From an uncultured Actinomycetota bacterium (lineage in GTDB: Bacteria > Actinomycetota > Actinomycetes > Propionibacteriales > Nocardioidaceae): a stretch of 64,000 nt of DNA. The position numbers were made by a program, and so were the translations under genes. The stretch is from NCBI GenBank assembly GCA_963795075.1, contig CAWCFY010000002.1, positions 164,180-228,179 on the forward strand, read 5' to 3'. The notes beneath the pieces were generated by a model. It saw nothing but the letters and a program-made list of their open reading frames with translations, was not told the DNA's origin and did no database searches. Of this stretch, positions 9,982 to 18,637 are shown one piece after another. Position 1 is the first letter of the stretch. The number at the start of each line of letters is the position of its first letter.

Positions 9982-11384
9982 ATGAGCGACCTGGGCGTCG
10001 ACTCCACGGCGCGCGAGCAGGCGGCCGCCGTGCGCGCCGGGTCGATCTCCGCCCGCGAGCTGCTCGACCTGCACCTGCATCGGATCGCGGAGCGCAACCC
10101 CGAGCTCAACGCGATCGTCTCGCTCGACGAGGAGCGCGCTCGCGACGGCGCCGCCGCGGCCGACGAGGTGCTGGCGTCCGGAGCCGAGGTCGGCGCCGCT
10201 GCACGGCCTGCCGCACGCGTTCAAGGACACCCACGCGGTCGCCGGCTGGCGGACGACGTACGGCTCGCCGCTGTACGCCGACCACGTGCCCGAGACCGAC
10301 GAGCTGCTGGTCGAGCGCATCCGCGCGGGCCGGGGTGGTGGTGATCGGCAAGACCAACGTGCCGGAGTTCGCCGCCGGCTCGCACACGTTCAACCCGGTC
10401 TTCGGCACCACGCTGAACCCGGTCGACCCCACCCGGTCGGCGGGCGGGTCGAGCGGCGGAGCGGCGTGCGCGCTGGCCACCGGGATGGTCCCGCTCGCCG
10501 AGGGGTCGGACATGGGCGGCTCGCTGCGCAACCCGGCGTCGTTCTGCGGGGTCGTGGGCCTGCGTCCCTCCCTGGGCCGGGTGCCGGAGTGGCCGCTGTA
10601 CAACCAGTGGGAGACCACCTCGGTGGGCGGGCCGATGGCCCGCAACGTCGGCGACCTGGCGCTGCTGCTCTCGGTCGTCGCCGGCCCCGACCCCCGCGCG
10701 CCGCAGGCGCTGGGCGACCCGGGGGCGGCGTTCGCACCGCCGGTCGCGGCGTCGCTGGCCGGGGTCCGGGTGGCGCTGTCGGTCGACCTCGGCGGCGCGT
10801 TCGAGGTGGACCACGACGTGGCGGCCGTGGTCGAGTCGTCGGCCTCGCTCTTCGCCGCGGGTGGCGCGTCGGTGGCCCCGGCGTACCCCGACCTGGCCGA
10901 GGCCGACGACACCTTCCGCACCCTGCGGGCCTGGCACCTGCACGCCAAGTTCGCCGACCTGCTGGCCGCGCACCCGGACTCGTTCAAGCAGTCGCTGGCC
11001 GACAACATCCGGGCCGGCGAGCCGCTGACCGGCGCCGACGTCGCCCGCGCCTACGCCCAGCGGACGGCGCTCTCGGAGCGGATGCGGGAGTTCTTCCGCG
11101 ACCACGACGTGCTGGTGCTGCCGGTCTCGCAGGTGCCGCCGTTCCCGGCCGACCAGGAGTTCCCCACCGAGATCAACGGCCGGCCGATGCAGACCTACCT
11201 GGACTGGATGCGGGCGGCGTACCTGATCACCGTCACCGGCTGCCCGGCGATCTCGGTGCCGGCCGGGCACACGCCGGAGGGGCTGCCGGTGGGCATCCAG
11301 ATCGTCGGCCCGCACGGGTCGGAGCGGCGGCTGCTCGAGATCGCGGCGGGCTTCGAGGCGGCGTACACCCCGACCCGCCCCTAG
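9982..11384 (+). pseudogene. Amidase-signature (AS) family amidase, two frame disruptions
   Basis: Three consecutive frames. First: MSDLGVDSTAREQAAAVRAGSISARELLDLHL...AEVG. Second: PLHGLPHAFKDTHAVAGWRTTYGSPLYADHVPETDELLVERIRAG. Third: VVIGKTNVPEF...GGSSGGAACALATGMVPLAEGSDMGGSLRNPASFCG. The switches lie near 10196 and 10330, each consistent with one extra nucleotide. Confidence 0.8.
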
Positions 11385-11393
11385 AGTCGTGGC

Positions 11394-12642
11394 GTGACCG
11401 AGCAGCTCGTCCTCGACGCCCTCGACCAGCGGGTCCTGGGCAGCCTGATGGAGAAGCAGACCACCGTCCCGGACACCTACCCGCTGACGGCGAACGCGCT
11501 CCGGTCGGCCTGCAACCAGACCAGCAGCCGCGACCCGGTCGTCGACCTCGACCTCGACACCGTGGAGCGCACGGCGCGCGCGCTCAAGGACCGGGGGCTG
11601 CTGCGGATCGTGTGGGCGCCCACCGGTCGACGGACGCTGAAGTACCACCAGATCCTCGACGAGCGGCTCGGGCTCGAGCCCGACGAACGTGCCCTGCTCA
11701 CCGTGCTGCTGCTCCGCGGTGAGCAGACCCCGGGCGAGCTGCGCACCCGCACCGAGCGGCTGCACCGCTTCGCCGACCGCGACGAGGTCGAGGCGACGCC
11801 TGCGCCGGCTGGCGGAGCGCGAGGTGCCGCTGGTCCGCGAGCTCGAGCGGCGCCCCGGGCAGCACGACCAGCGCTGGGTCCACCTGCTCGGCCCGGTGCC
11901 GCAGGCCGCCGCGTCCTCCGGGGCCGCGGCCTCGTCTGCGGGGGCGTCGGCGGGGACGGTCGACCGCGAGGCGGTGCTCGCCGGCGGTGCCGAGGAGCGT
12001 GACGCGAAGGTGCGGTCGTCGTACGACGCCGTGGCCACGGCGTACGCCGAGCACCTCGCCGACGAGCTCTCCGAGCTGCCCTTCGAGACCTGGCTGCTGG
12101 ACCGCGTCGCGGCGCACGCGGGCGGCCGGCCGGTGGTCGAGGTCGGGTCGGGCCCCGGGCACGTCACGGCGTACCTGGCCCGGGCAGGCGCCGCGGCCAC
12201 CGGCATCGACCTGTCGCCCGCGATGGTGGGCGAGGCCCGGCGACGTTTCCCCCAGGGGAGGTACGAGGTCGGTGACCTGCGGTCGCTGTCCGACCCGGCC
12301 GACGGCTCGGGCTGGGCCGCCGTGCTCGCCTGGTACTCCCTGACCCACCTGGCGCCCTCCGAGCTGCCCGCCGCGGTCGCCGCCCTCGCCCGGCCGCTGG
12401 CGAGCGACGGGTGGCTCGTCCTCGGCCTGCACGTCGGTGCCGAGGTGCTCCACCTCGACGAGTGGTTCGACCGGCCGGTCGACATCGACGTCGTGCTGCA
12501 CGACCGGGCGTCCGTGGTCGGGCTCGTCGAGTCGACCGGACTCACCGACGTGGAGTGGTACCTCCGCGGTCCCGTCGCCGCGCGCGGCGAGCAGACCGAG
12601 CGGCTCTACGTCGTGGGTCGCAGGCCGAACACGGCACAGTGA
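11394..12642 (+). pseudogene. DUF480 (YceH-like) domain continuous with a class I SAM methyltransferase, one frame disruption
   Basis: N-terminal part: LDQRVLGSLMEKQTTVPDTYPLTANALRSACNQTSSRDPVV...GEQTPGELRTRTERLHRFADRDEVEA. The frame switches near 11799. It continues LRRLAEREVPLVRELERRPGQHDQRWVHLLG, then without a stop into VVEVGSGPGHVTAYLARAGAAATGIDLSPAMV. Confidence 0.65.
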
Positions 12643-12844
12643 CGCTCGTCGCCGAACCCTCCGTCACCGGTCCGGACGAGGGGCCGCGCGGGTCGGAGCG
12701 GCGGCTGGTCGCGGCGGGGTTCCAGGGCATCTAGTCCACGCGCCGGTGTCCGCTTGCGAGACCTTCCTGCGGCCGCGCGTGCCGCAATAGCCTGCTGGAG
12801 CGCCGGCAGCGTCGCCGGTCCCTACGGAGAGGTCGGGTCTCATC

Positions 12845-13279
12845 ATGCTCACGGTCGACGAGTCCATCGTGATCAACAAGCCGCGCCAGGAGGTGTGGGA
12901 GTTCATGTCCGACCCGGACAACATCCCGGTCTACAACAGCAACATCGTCGAGTACGAGCTGATCTCCGGGGAGAAGTTCGAGCAGGGCCGGAAGTGCCGC
13001 GGGGTGGTCAAGGTGGCCGGCAGACGCCTCGAGCTGACCGACGAGCTCGTGGAGGTGGAGCCCGGACACCGCAACAGGATCGTCTCCGAGGACGCCACCA
13101 TCCCCTACGCACTGACCGTCACCTACGAGGACGAAGGGGACGGCACCCGGGTCACCTGGCACCAGGAGAGCGAGTCGCTCAAGGGGGTCTTCAAGTTCGC
13201 CGACCCGGTCGTGATGAAGCTCTACTCCCGGGACGTGCGCTCCAACCTGGAGAAGGCCAAGACGATCCTGGAGTCCTGA
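12845..13279 (+). CDS. SRPBCC-family (polyketide cyclase/dehydrase-like) protein
   Basis: 144-aa track ORF: VINKPRQEVWEFMSDPDNIPVYNSNIVEYE. GC3-rich codons. Confidence 0.7.
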   Translation: MLTVDESIVINKPRQEVWEFMSDPDNIPVYNSNIVEYELISGEKFEQGRKCRGVVKVAGRRLELTDELVEVEPGHRNRIVSEDATIPYALTVTYEDEGDGTRVTWHQESESLKGVFKFADPVVMKLYSRDVRSNLEKAKTILES

Positions 13280-13311
13280 CCACCCGACACCCGGCTCCGT
13301 AGGCTGGCCCG

Positions 13312-13626
13312 GTGAGCGAGCCTCCGGAGACCACCGAGGACGGGCGGTACCTCGTCATCGACGGCCGCCGGTGGCGGGCCACCGACCCCGCCATCCCGCA
13401 GGCGCGCCGCGAGGAGCTCACCCGGGCGCTGATGGCGTGGCGCCGCGAGGTGCGCCGCACCATCAGCGGCACCGAGGAGGAGGCTCGTCGAGCCGCGAGC
13501 CGAGGGTGGCGAGCGCCGCGAACGGTCGCGCCGGGGAGCAGGCAGCAACCCAACGCTGGTGGGAGCGCCGTCGAGAACGACGGCGCGGCGGAGCGCCGAG
13601 GGGACCGACCCGCGGAGCGGGTCTGA
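13312..13626 (+). CDS. Small conserved actinobacterial hypothetical protein
   Basis: Translation: MSEPPETTEDGRYLVIDGRRWRATDPAIPQARREELTRALMAWRREV. The C-terminal third overlaps a diverged copy of the 62-nt repeat (13546-13578) and may be frame-disturbed. Confidence 0.4.
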   Translation: MSEPPETTEDGRYLVIDGRRWRATDPAIPQARREELTRALMAWRREVRRTISGTEEEARRAASRGWRAPRTVAPGSRQQPNAGGSAVENDGAAERRGDRPAERV

Positions 13627-13656
13627 AGGCGCTCGCCAGGGCCTGCTCGATCGCCT

Positions 13657-15075
13657 TCGAAAATTCTTTCCACGGATCTCGCATACTGAGCAAAACCGCA
13701 GGTCAGAGGCGGTTGCCTGTCAGTGCTCGGTGCTTGAATTCACCCATGAGCAGCAGCCGGAACGACGACCACCAGCAGCACCCGGTGGCCGAGTTCGCGC
13801 GCCGGCTGACCGGTCGTCTCGACGGTCTGGCGGGAGTGCCGCTGCTCTCGATGAGCCCGGAGGAGAAGCGCGCTGCGCTGGTCGAGCTGGCCCGTGGTGA
13901 GGCCCAGCTGCAGGCGCTGGAGCTGCGGCTGCTGGCCGACGCCGAGCAGAGCGAGGCCACCGTGCACACCGGCGCCCCGACCGCCGCCGACTGGGTCGCG
14001 GTCGAGACCCGGCAGGTACGCCGCGACGCCCGCTCGGACCTGCGCCACGCCCAACGCCTCGAGCACCACGACGTCCTCTCCACCGCCATGGCCGAGGGCG
14101 GGTGAACGTCGCCCAGTCCCGCGCGATCGTCGCCGCCCTGGACCGGCTGCCCCGCACCGGCACCTACGCCGTGACCGCCGAGCAGCGCCTGGCTGCCGAG
14201 AGGCACCTGGTCGACCTGGCCGCGCACCACGACGCCAAGGAGCTGCGCATCCTCGGCAGGCGGGTCTTCGAGGTCATCGCCCCCGACGTGGCCGAGCAGT
14301 TCGAAGGCCGCGCCCTGGAGCGCGAGGAGGCCCAGGCCCTGCGGCGGACCACGCTGAGCCTGTGGGAGGACGACGAGGGCACCTGCCACGGCCGGTTCCG
14401 CATCCCGGCGCTGCACGGGCAGATGCTGACCAAGATGATCCTCGCCCTGGCCTCACCCAGCCGCCCCCGCTGGTTGAGCCCGTCGAAACCCCCCGACGGC
14501 GCCGCCGAAGGCACGGTCCCCATGGACCGGGACTCCGGGATCGATCCCGACCTGCCCACCCCGGTCCGCCACGGCATCGCCCTGACCCAGCTGCTGGAGT
14601 CCATCACCGCCAAGGACCTGCCGAAGACCGGGGGCTGTGGCGCCACCGTCGTGGTCACCATGCGCCTCGACCAGCTGCTCGCCGATCTCGAGACCGCGGG
14701 GGTGTGCACCCTGGACACCGGCGGCCGCATCTCCGCCGGCGAAGCCCGCCGCCTGGCCTGCCGCGCCGGGATCATCCCTATGGTCCTGGGCGGTCGCAGC
14801 CAACCCCTCGACGTCGGCCGCCGACGCCGCCTGCACACCGAAGCCATGCGCCTGGCGATGACCGTCCGCGACGGCGGCTGCACCACCCGCGGCTGCCAAG
14901 CAGCACCCGGCATGTGCCACGCCCACCACGACCATCCGTGGGGCAAGGACGGCAGGACCAACGTCGCCAGACCGGCCGGCTCCTGTGCCCGCACCACCAC
15001 CGCCGCGTTCACGACCCCACCTACGACACCCGCCACCACCCCGACGGCACCATCACCTTCCACCGACGCGAGTGA
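13657..15075 (+). repeat. Left copy of a 1.4-kb inverted repeat (leader plus DUF222/HNH gene)
   Basis: About 90 nt of leader (tcgaaaattctttccacggatctcgcatactgagcaaaaccgcaggtcagag...) plus the ORF are near-identical to the reverse complement of 29258..30660. Confidence 0.85.
13746..15075 (+). pseudogene. DUF222/HNH endonuclease (REP13E12-type), copy A, frame-disrupted
   Basis: Begins MSSSRNDDHQQHPVAEFARRLTGRL. A 1-nt deletion relative to copy B lies near 14100, and a 2-nt insertion relative to copy B near 14968. The HNH core CHAHHDHPWGKDGRTNV...GRLLCPHHHRRVHDPTYDTRHHPDGTITFHRRE is present. Confidence 0.8.
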
Positions 15076-15132
15076 CGAGTCGCTTTGCGATGGCACCGCG
15101 GCCGATCGCTGGATCCAGACAAGTCCGGACGG

Positions 15133-15640
15133 TCATTCCGCCCAGATAGGGCGCCCTTCACGTCGCTCCGCTTGCCCGCACGGCATTCGGGCACCTGACC
15201 GGGTGTGCGGCCATTGCAGCAGACCTATGGCGCCCTCGACGCTCGCGATTGGCAGGACCTCCAGGCAGCCCTCAGTCACGCCCTGACCGAGCTCGCGGGC
15301 TTCAGCAGAAGAACGAGCTGCCGGCTCCTCAGTCAGCACTCGAACCCTCCTGGGATCGCCCGTACGTCCACTTGAAGCGCAGCCTTGTACCGGGACTGCT
15401 CGAGACCCTCCTCGAGAACCCCCGAGGTCCAGGTCCTCCCGGTGTGGGTGTCGGCAGCGTCGAGCAGCAGACCGACAACGTCGACGTCCTCACCGAGCCA
15501 GGTCGCCGACATGCGCTCGCAGCGTCGGTGCTTGCGCAGCGGCGAAGCCCCAAGCCAACGACCTGATCTGAGCCGTGGGGCGGGCGGACGCCCCGGTGAT
15601 AAATCCACATCTGGTGCTCGAGCTTGCCCAAGGTGGACTG
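15133..15640 (-). pseudogene. Degraded ORF of unknown function
   Basis: Three minus-strand frames each carry GC3-rich stretches: LGKLEHQMWIYHRG..., MSATWLGEDVDVVGLLLDAADTHTGRTWTSGVLEEGLEQSRYKAALQVDVRAIPGGFEC, and LTEEPAARSSAEARELGQGVTEGCLEVLPIASVEGAIGLLQWPHT. No family recognised. Confidence 0.25.
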
Positions 15641-15686
15641 CGAGTCCAGTGCGTGAGGTCGTTCCCGGACCCGGATAATCAGGGCC

Positions 15687-16289
15687 GTGAACGATCCGTC
15701 CTACGACGTGATACCGGCCAACGAGGCGGCCTGGGCCGACGTGGCGGCGGTGTTCGGGGTTCGCGGCCCCGCCGCGCGTTGCTGGTGCCAGCGCTACAAG
15801 CTCGCCCCAGGCGAGGCCTTTGCCTCCTGTCCACCGGAATCCCGCGCGGACCGGTTGCGCGAGCAGACCGACGCGGGCCATCCGGGGTCTGATGCCACGA
15901 GCGGCCTGGTTGCCTACGCGGACGGTGAGCCTGTGGGTTGGTGCGCCGTCGAGCCGCGGACGGCCTATCAAGGACTGGTCCGCAACGCCAGCATGGCGGC
16001 TTGGACCGGACGCGAGGAGGACCGCGCGGATGCCGGTGTCTGGGCGGTCACGTGTGTGCTGGTGAGGGCCGGCCACCGACGGCGCCGCGTCAGCCGCGCG
16101 CTGGTGCGGGCCGCGGTGGTGCACGCCCGGGATGCCGGAGCGCGGGTGTTGGAGGGATACCCGATGGCCACCGGCTCGGCTCTCAACGAGGAGTTGCATC
16201 CCGGGGTGCTGAGCGCCTTCCTGGGCGCGGGCTTTGTCGAAGTACACCGGCCGTCAGCTCGGCGGGCAGTCGTAGCGATCCAGCTCTGA
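15687..16289 (+). CDS. GNAT-family N-acetyltransferase
   Basis: 200-aa track ORF: GLVAYADGEPVGWCAVEPR...VLVRAGHRRRRVSRALVRAAVVHARDAGARVLEGYP. Confidence 0.8.
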   Translation: MNDPSYDVIPANEAAWADVAAVFGVRGPAARCWCQRYKLAPGEAFASCPPESRADRLREQTDAGHPGSDATSGLVAYADGEPVGWCAVEPRTAYQGLVRNASMAAWTGREEDRADAGVWAVTCVLVRAGHRRRRVSRALVRAAVVHARDAGARVLEGYPMATGSALNEELHPGVLSAFLGAGFVEVHRPSARRAVVAIQL

Positions 16290-16559
16290 CCGCCCTTCGC
16301 TGAGGGTCGGCACAGCCGTCCCCCTCGGACCCTGGTTGGCCTGTCGACGTACGACGATGGCGCCGGAGACGGATCCCGTACCGGTCACGCTCCGCAACCA
16401 CAGCTGCGATGCGAGGTGACTGAACCTGCGGCTGCTTGGGCGACGAAGGGGAAGTTCAGGGTGGGTCGTCGCGGGCGGTGCGGCGAATCAACTCGGCCAC
16501 TACGTGGATGACCGGTTAACGGGCATGCTAGGGCTCACTCACGATCCCAGGGAGGGACC

Positions 16560-17201
16560 ATGGCCAAGGCGAAGACGAAGTCCAGCGGGAAGTCGAAGCC
16601 CGTCGCGAAGGAGAAGTCGTCCAAGAAGCAGAAGTCCGTCGTCAAGGCCAAGGCCGCCGAGGTGGACAAGCGAATCAGGAAGCTCGAGGTTCGGCTCGAA
16701 GAATCGGTCGCGGTCGCGGAGTCTGCGGCGAAGCAGATGCAGAAGGCCGCCAAGCAGCTAGCAAAGAAGGCACAGCAGGTCGCCGAGCTGCCGGGCAAGA
16801 TTGCCCACGACGTACTCCCGTCCGGAGACGCTGCTGAGAAGTCGAACACAGCCGCGAATCCAACCAAAACGTCACCGGCTCGCACGTCGACCTTCCAGGC
16901 CCCGACGAAGGCCAAGCCGGCCCCGACGCCGTCCCTGGAGTCCCCTACCAGCAAGTCGGCGGCAAAGCAGGCCCCTGCCACGACACGAAAGACGACCAAG
17001 AAGTCGGCTTCGAAGTCGGCCACCGCGGCGAGATCCTCCGCCACGACCTCGGCGTCCAGCCGGACCGCAACGTCGGCGAGTACGTCATCGGGCGATCTGT
17101 CGTCCAAGACCCGTCAGGAGCTGCTGGTGCTCGCACGCTCTCGCGACGTCACCGGCCGCAACGCGATGACCAAGGCGGAGCTGATCGCCGAACTCAGCTG
17201 A
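16560..17201 (+). CDS. Lys/Ala/Ser/Thr-rich protein with C-terminal Rho_N (HeH/SAP-like) domain
   Basis: ATG follows CAGGGAGGGACC. The N-terminus is MAKAKTKSSGKSKPVAKEKSSKKQKSVVKAKAAE, followed by a long low-complexity S/T/A/K tract. The C-terminal sequence KTRQELLVLARSRDVTGRNAMTKAELIAEL resembles the Rho termination factor N-terminal motif. Confidence 0.7.
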   Translation: MAKAKTKSSGKSKPVAKEKSSKKQKSVVKAKAAEVDKRIRKLEVRLEESVAVAESAAKQMQKAAKQLAKKAQQVAELPGKIAHDVLPSGDAAEKSNTAANPTKTSPARTSTFQAPTKAKPAPTPSLESPTSKSAAKQAPATTRKTTKKSASKSATAARSSATTSASSRTATSASTSSGDLSSKTRQELLVLARSRDVTGRNAMTKAELIAELS

Positions 17202-17608
17202 CTGGGTCCCACCCGGCGGGGCCGGGCTTGGCGCAAGTACGCCGGCGTCGCCGTCGGGTGCGTCAGTGTCAACGCGCTCCACCCGTCGGTCAGGAACCGC
17301 GGGACGTCAGGGCGCACGCACCACCGCTGTCGTGGTCTCTGGCCCTCGTCGGGGCTGCGATCAGCGCTGCGCCTGTATGCCGTCGCAGGCAGGCTTCGAG
17401 GTGACCGCGAGGCGCAGCGCTCGGACCACGGCCGAACAGGTCACGGTCACCGAACGGTGATCCTCATGCGGGACGGTTTCGAGGAGCCTGACGAGATGCT
17501 GCCCAGCGTGTGGAAGGACGCCAGGTCCTGCGGCACGACGTGCCGATGAGTTCGGATGACGGCAACGGTCGACACGGCATTCCCACACTTCTCGAGAACG
17601 GAGTGAAC

Positions 17609-17815
17609 ATGTCAGAAGGCCGCACCAGCACCAGCACCAGCGATCGCGGGCCCGAGTTCGATGGCGTCAAGATCGGCCGTCCTGCGACCGGCGGACTGAT
17701 CGACGCTGGCTACACATCACTCGCGGACCTTCCCGAAGACCTGGCAGATCTCCGCGACCTGCACGGTGTCGGCCCACGAGCGATCGGCCTGTTGCAGGAG
17801 GCACGCGGTCGATAG
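17609..17815 (+). CDS. Small helix-hairpin-helix-like protein
   Basis: ATG at 17609 follows GGAG. Translation: MSEGRTSTSTSDRGPEFDGVKIGRPATGGLIDAGYTSLADLPEDLADLRDLHGVGPRAIGLLQEARGR. Confidence 0.5.
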   Translation: MSEGRTSTSTSDRGPEFDGVKIGRPATGGLIDAGYTSLADLPEDLADLRDLHGVGPRAIGLLQEARGR

Positions 17816-17825
17816 CGTGCTGCCT

Positions 17826-17997
17826 CGGCGGGCATCCGACGCGGCCAAGGCCAACGTCACCACCGGACGGCTGCTCTGCCCCCTTGGGTTGAGCTCGTCG
17901 AAACCATCACGCGCCGCGTCCCGACCCGACCCGACCTACGACATCCGACACCCGACACCACGCCGACGGCACCATCACCTTCCACCGCAGCGAGTAG
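17826..17997 (+). pseudogene. 3' fragment of a third DUF222/HNH gene, interrupted by a partial 62-nt-repeat copy
   Basis: Nucleotide alignment by eye to copy A shows catccg...caacgtcaccaccggacggctgctctgcccc, then an insert, then cgacctacgacatccgacacc...gacggcaccatcaccttccaccgcagcgagtag. The insert at 17885-17916 is tgggttgagctcgtcgaaaccatcacgcgccg. Confidence 0.6.
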
Positions 17998-18046
17998 GCG
18001 GCTGCGCCTGTTTCGCCCGAACCCCGGACGGGGTGATCATGGCGGG

Positions 18047-18478
18047 ATGGACGACGCACGGGGAGCGGGAGACGCGGCCGCGGACACCGGGCCCTTCTTC
18101 CACGGCACCAAGGCCGACCTCAAGCCGGGAGACCTGCTCCGGCCCGGGTACAGCTCCAACTTCGGCAAGCGCGTGACGGCGAACTTCATCTACCTCACCG
18201 CGACCCTCGACGCGGCCACGTGGGGAGCCGAGCTGGCGACGGGGGACGGGGCCGGGAGGATCTACCGGGTGGAGCCGACGGGCCCGTTCGAGGACGACCC
18301 CAACCTCACCGACCAGAAGTTCCCCGGCAACCCGACGCGGTCCTACCGCACCCGCGACCCGCTGCGCGTCGTCGACGAGGTGCTGGACTGGGAGCCACAC
18401 CCTCCCGAGGTGCTCCAGCACATGCGGGACCGCGTGGCCGAGCTCGCCCGGCAGGGCATCGAGGCGATCAACGAGTGA
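18047..18478 (+). CDS. arr: NAD+--rifampin ADP-ribosyltransferase
   Basis: 143 aa: GPFFHGTKADLKPGDLLRPGYSSNFGKRVTANFIYLTATLDAATWGAELATGDGAGRIYRVEPTGPFEDDPNLTDQKFPGNPTRSYRTRDPLRVV. It matches Arr as I remember it. Confidence 0.85.
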   Translation: MDDARGAGDAAADTGPFFHGTKADLKPGDLLRPGYSSNFGKRVTANFIYLTATLDAATWGAELATGDGAGRIYRVEPTGPFEDDPNLTDQKFPGNPTRSYRTRDPLRVVDEVLDWEPHPPEVLQHMRDRVAELARQGIEAINE

Positions 18479-18502
18479 GTCTGACCACCCCATCGTCCAC
18501 CT

Positions 18503-18520
18503 CCGTCCGCTGCCGGACGG
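18503..18520. terminator. Short GC hairpin between convergent arr and racemase genes
   Basis: CCGTCCG-ctgc-CGGACGG, a 7-bp stem with no clear U-tract. Confidence 0.3.
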
Positions 18521-18637
18521 CGGACCGGCCCCAGGTCTGCCACGGCTCGCTCGCAGCACCTGGCAACGATCGCGCTGACTTCTCTGTGTGCGTAGCGGCC
18601 GGGTACGGCGTCGACGCCGCGCCACCTGGGACGCGTG

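Noticed and set aside
13700-13712. An 11-mer CTGACCTGCGG (read as its complement in the HNH leaders) shared with the tRNA terminator hairpin (52081-52091, 56222-56232). It hints at a link between the HNH modules and the islet att site.
   Set aside because: The match is short and sits in GC-rich hairpin-forming sequence, with no extended similarity on either side. I treat it as coincidence unless a genome-wide count says otherwise.
13371-14105. Track ORF of 244 aa taken as a single gene.
   Set aside because: It is a chimera. It joins out-of-frame readthrough of the small protein's 3' region and the repeat leader to the true N-terminus of HNH copy A, which starts at 13746.
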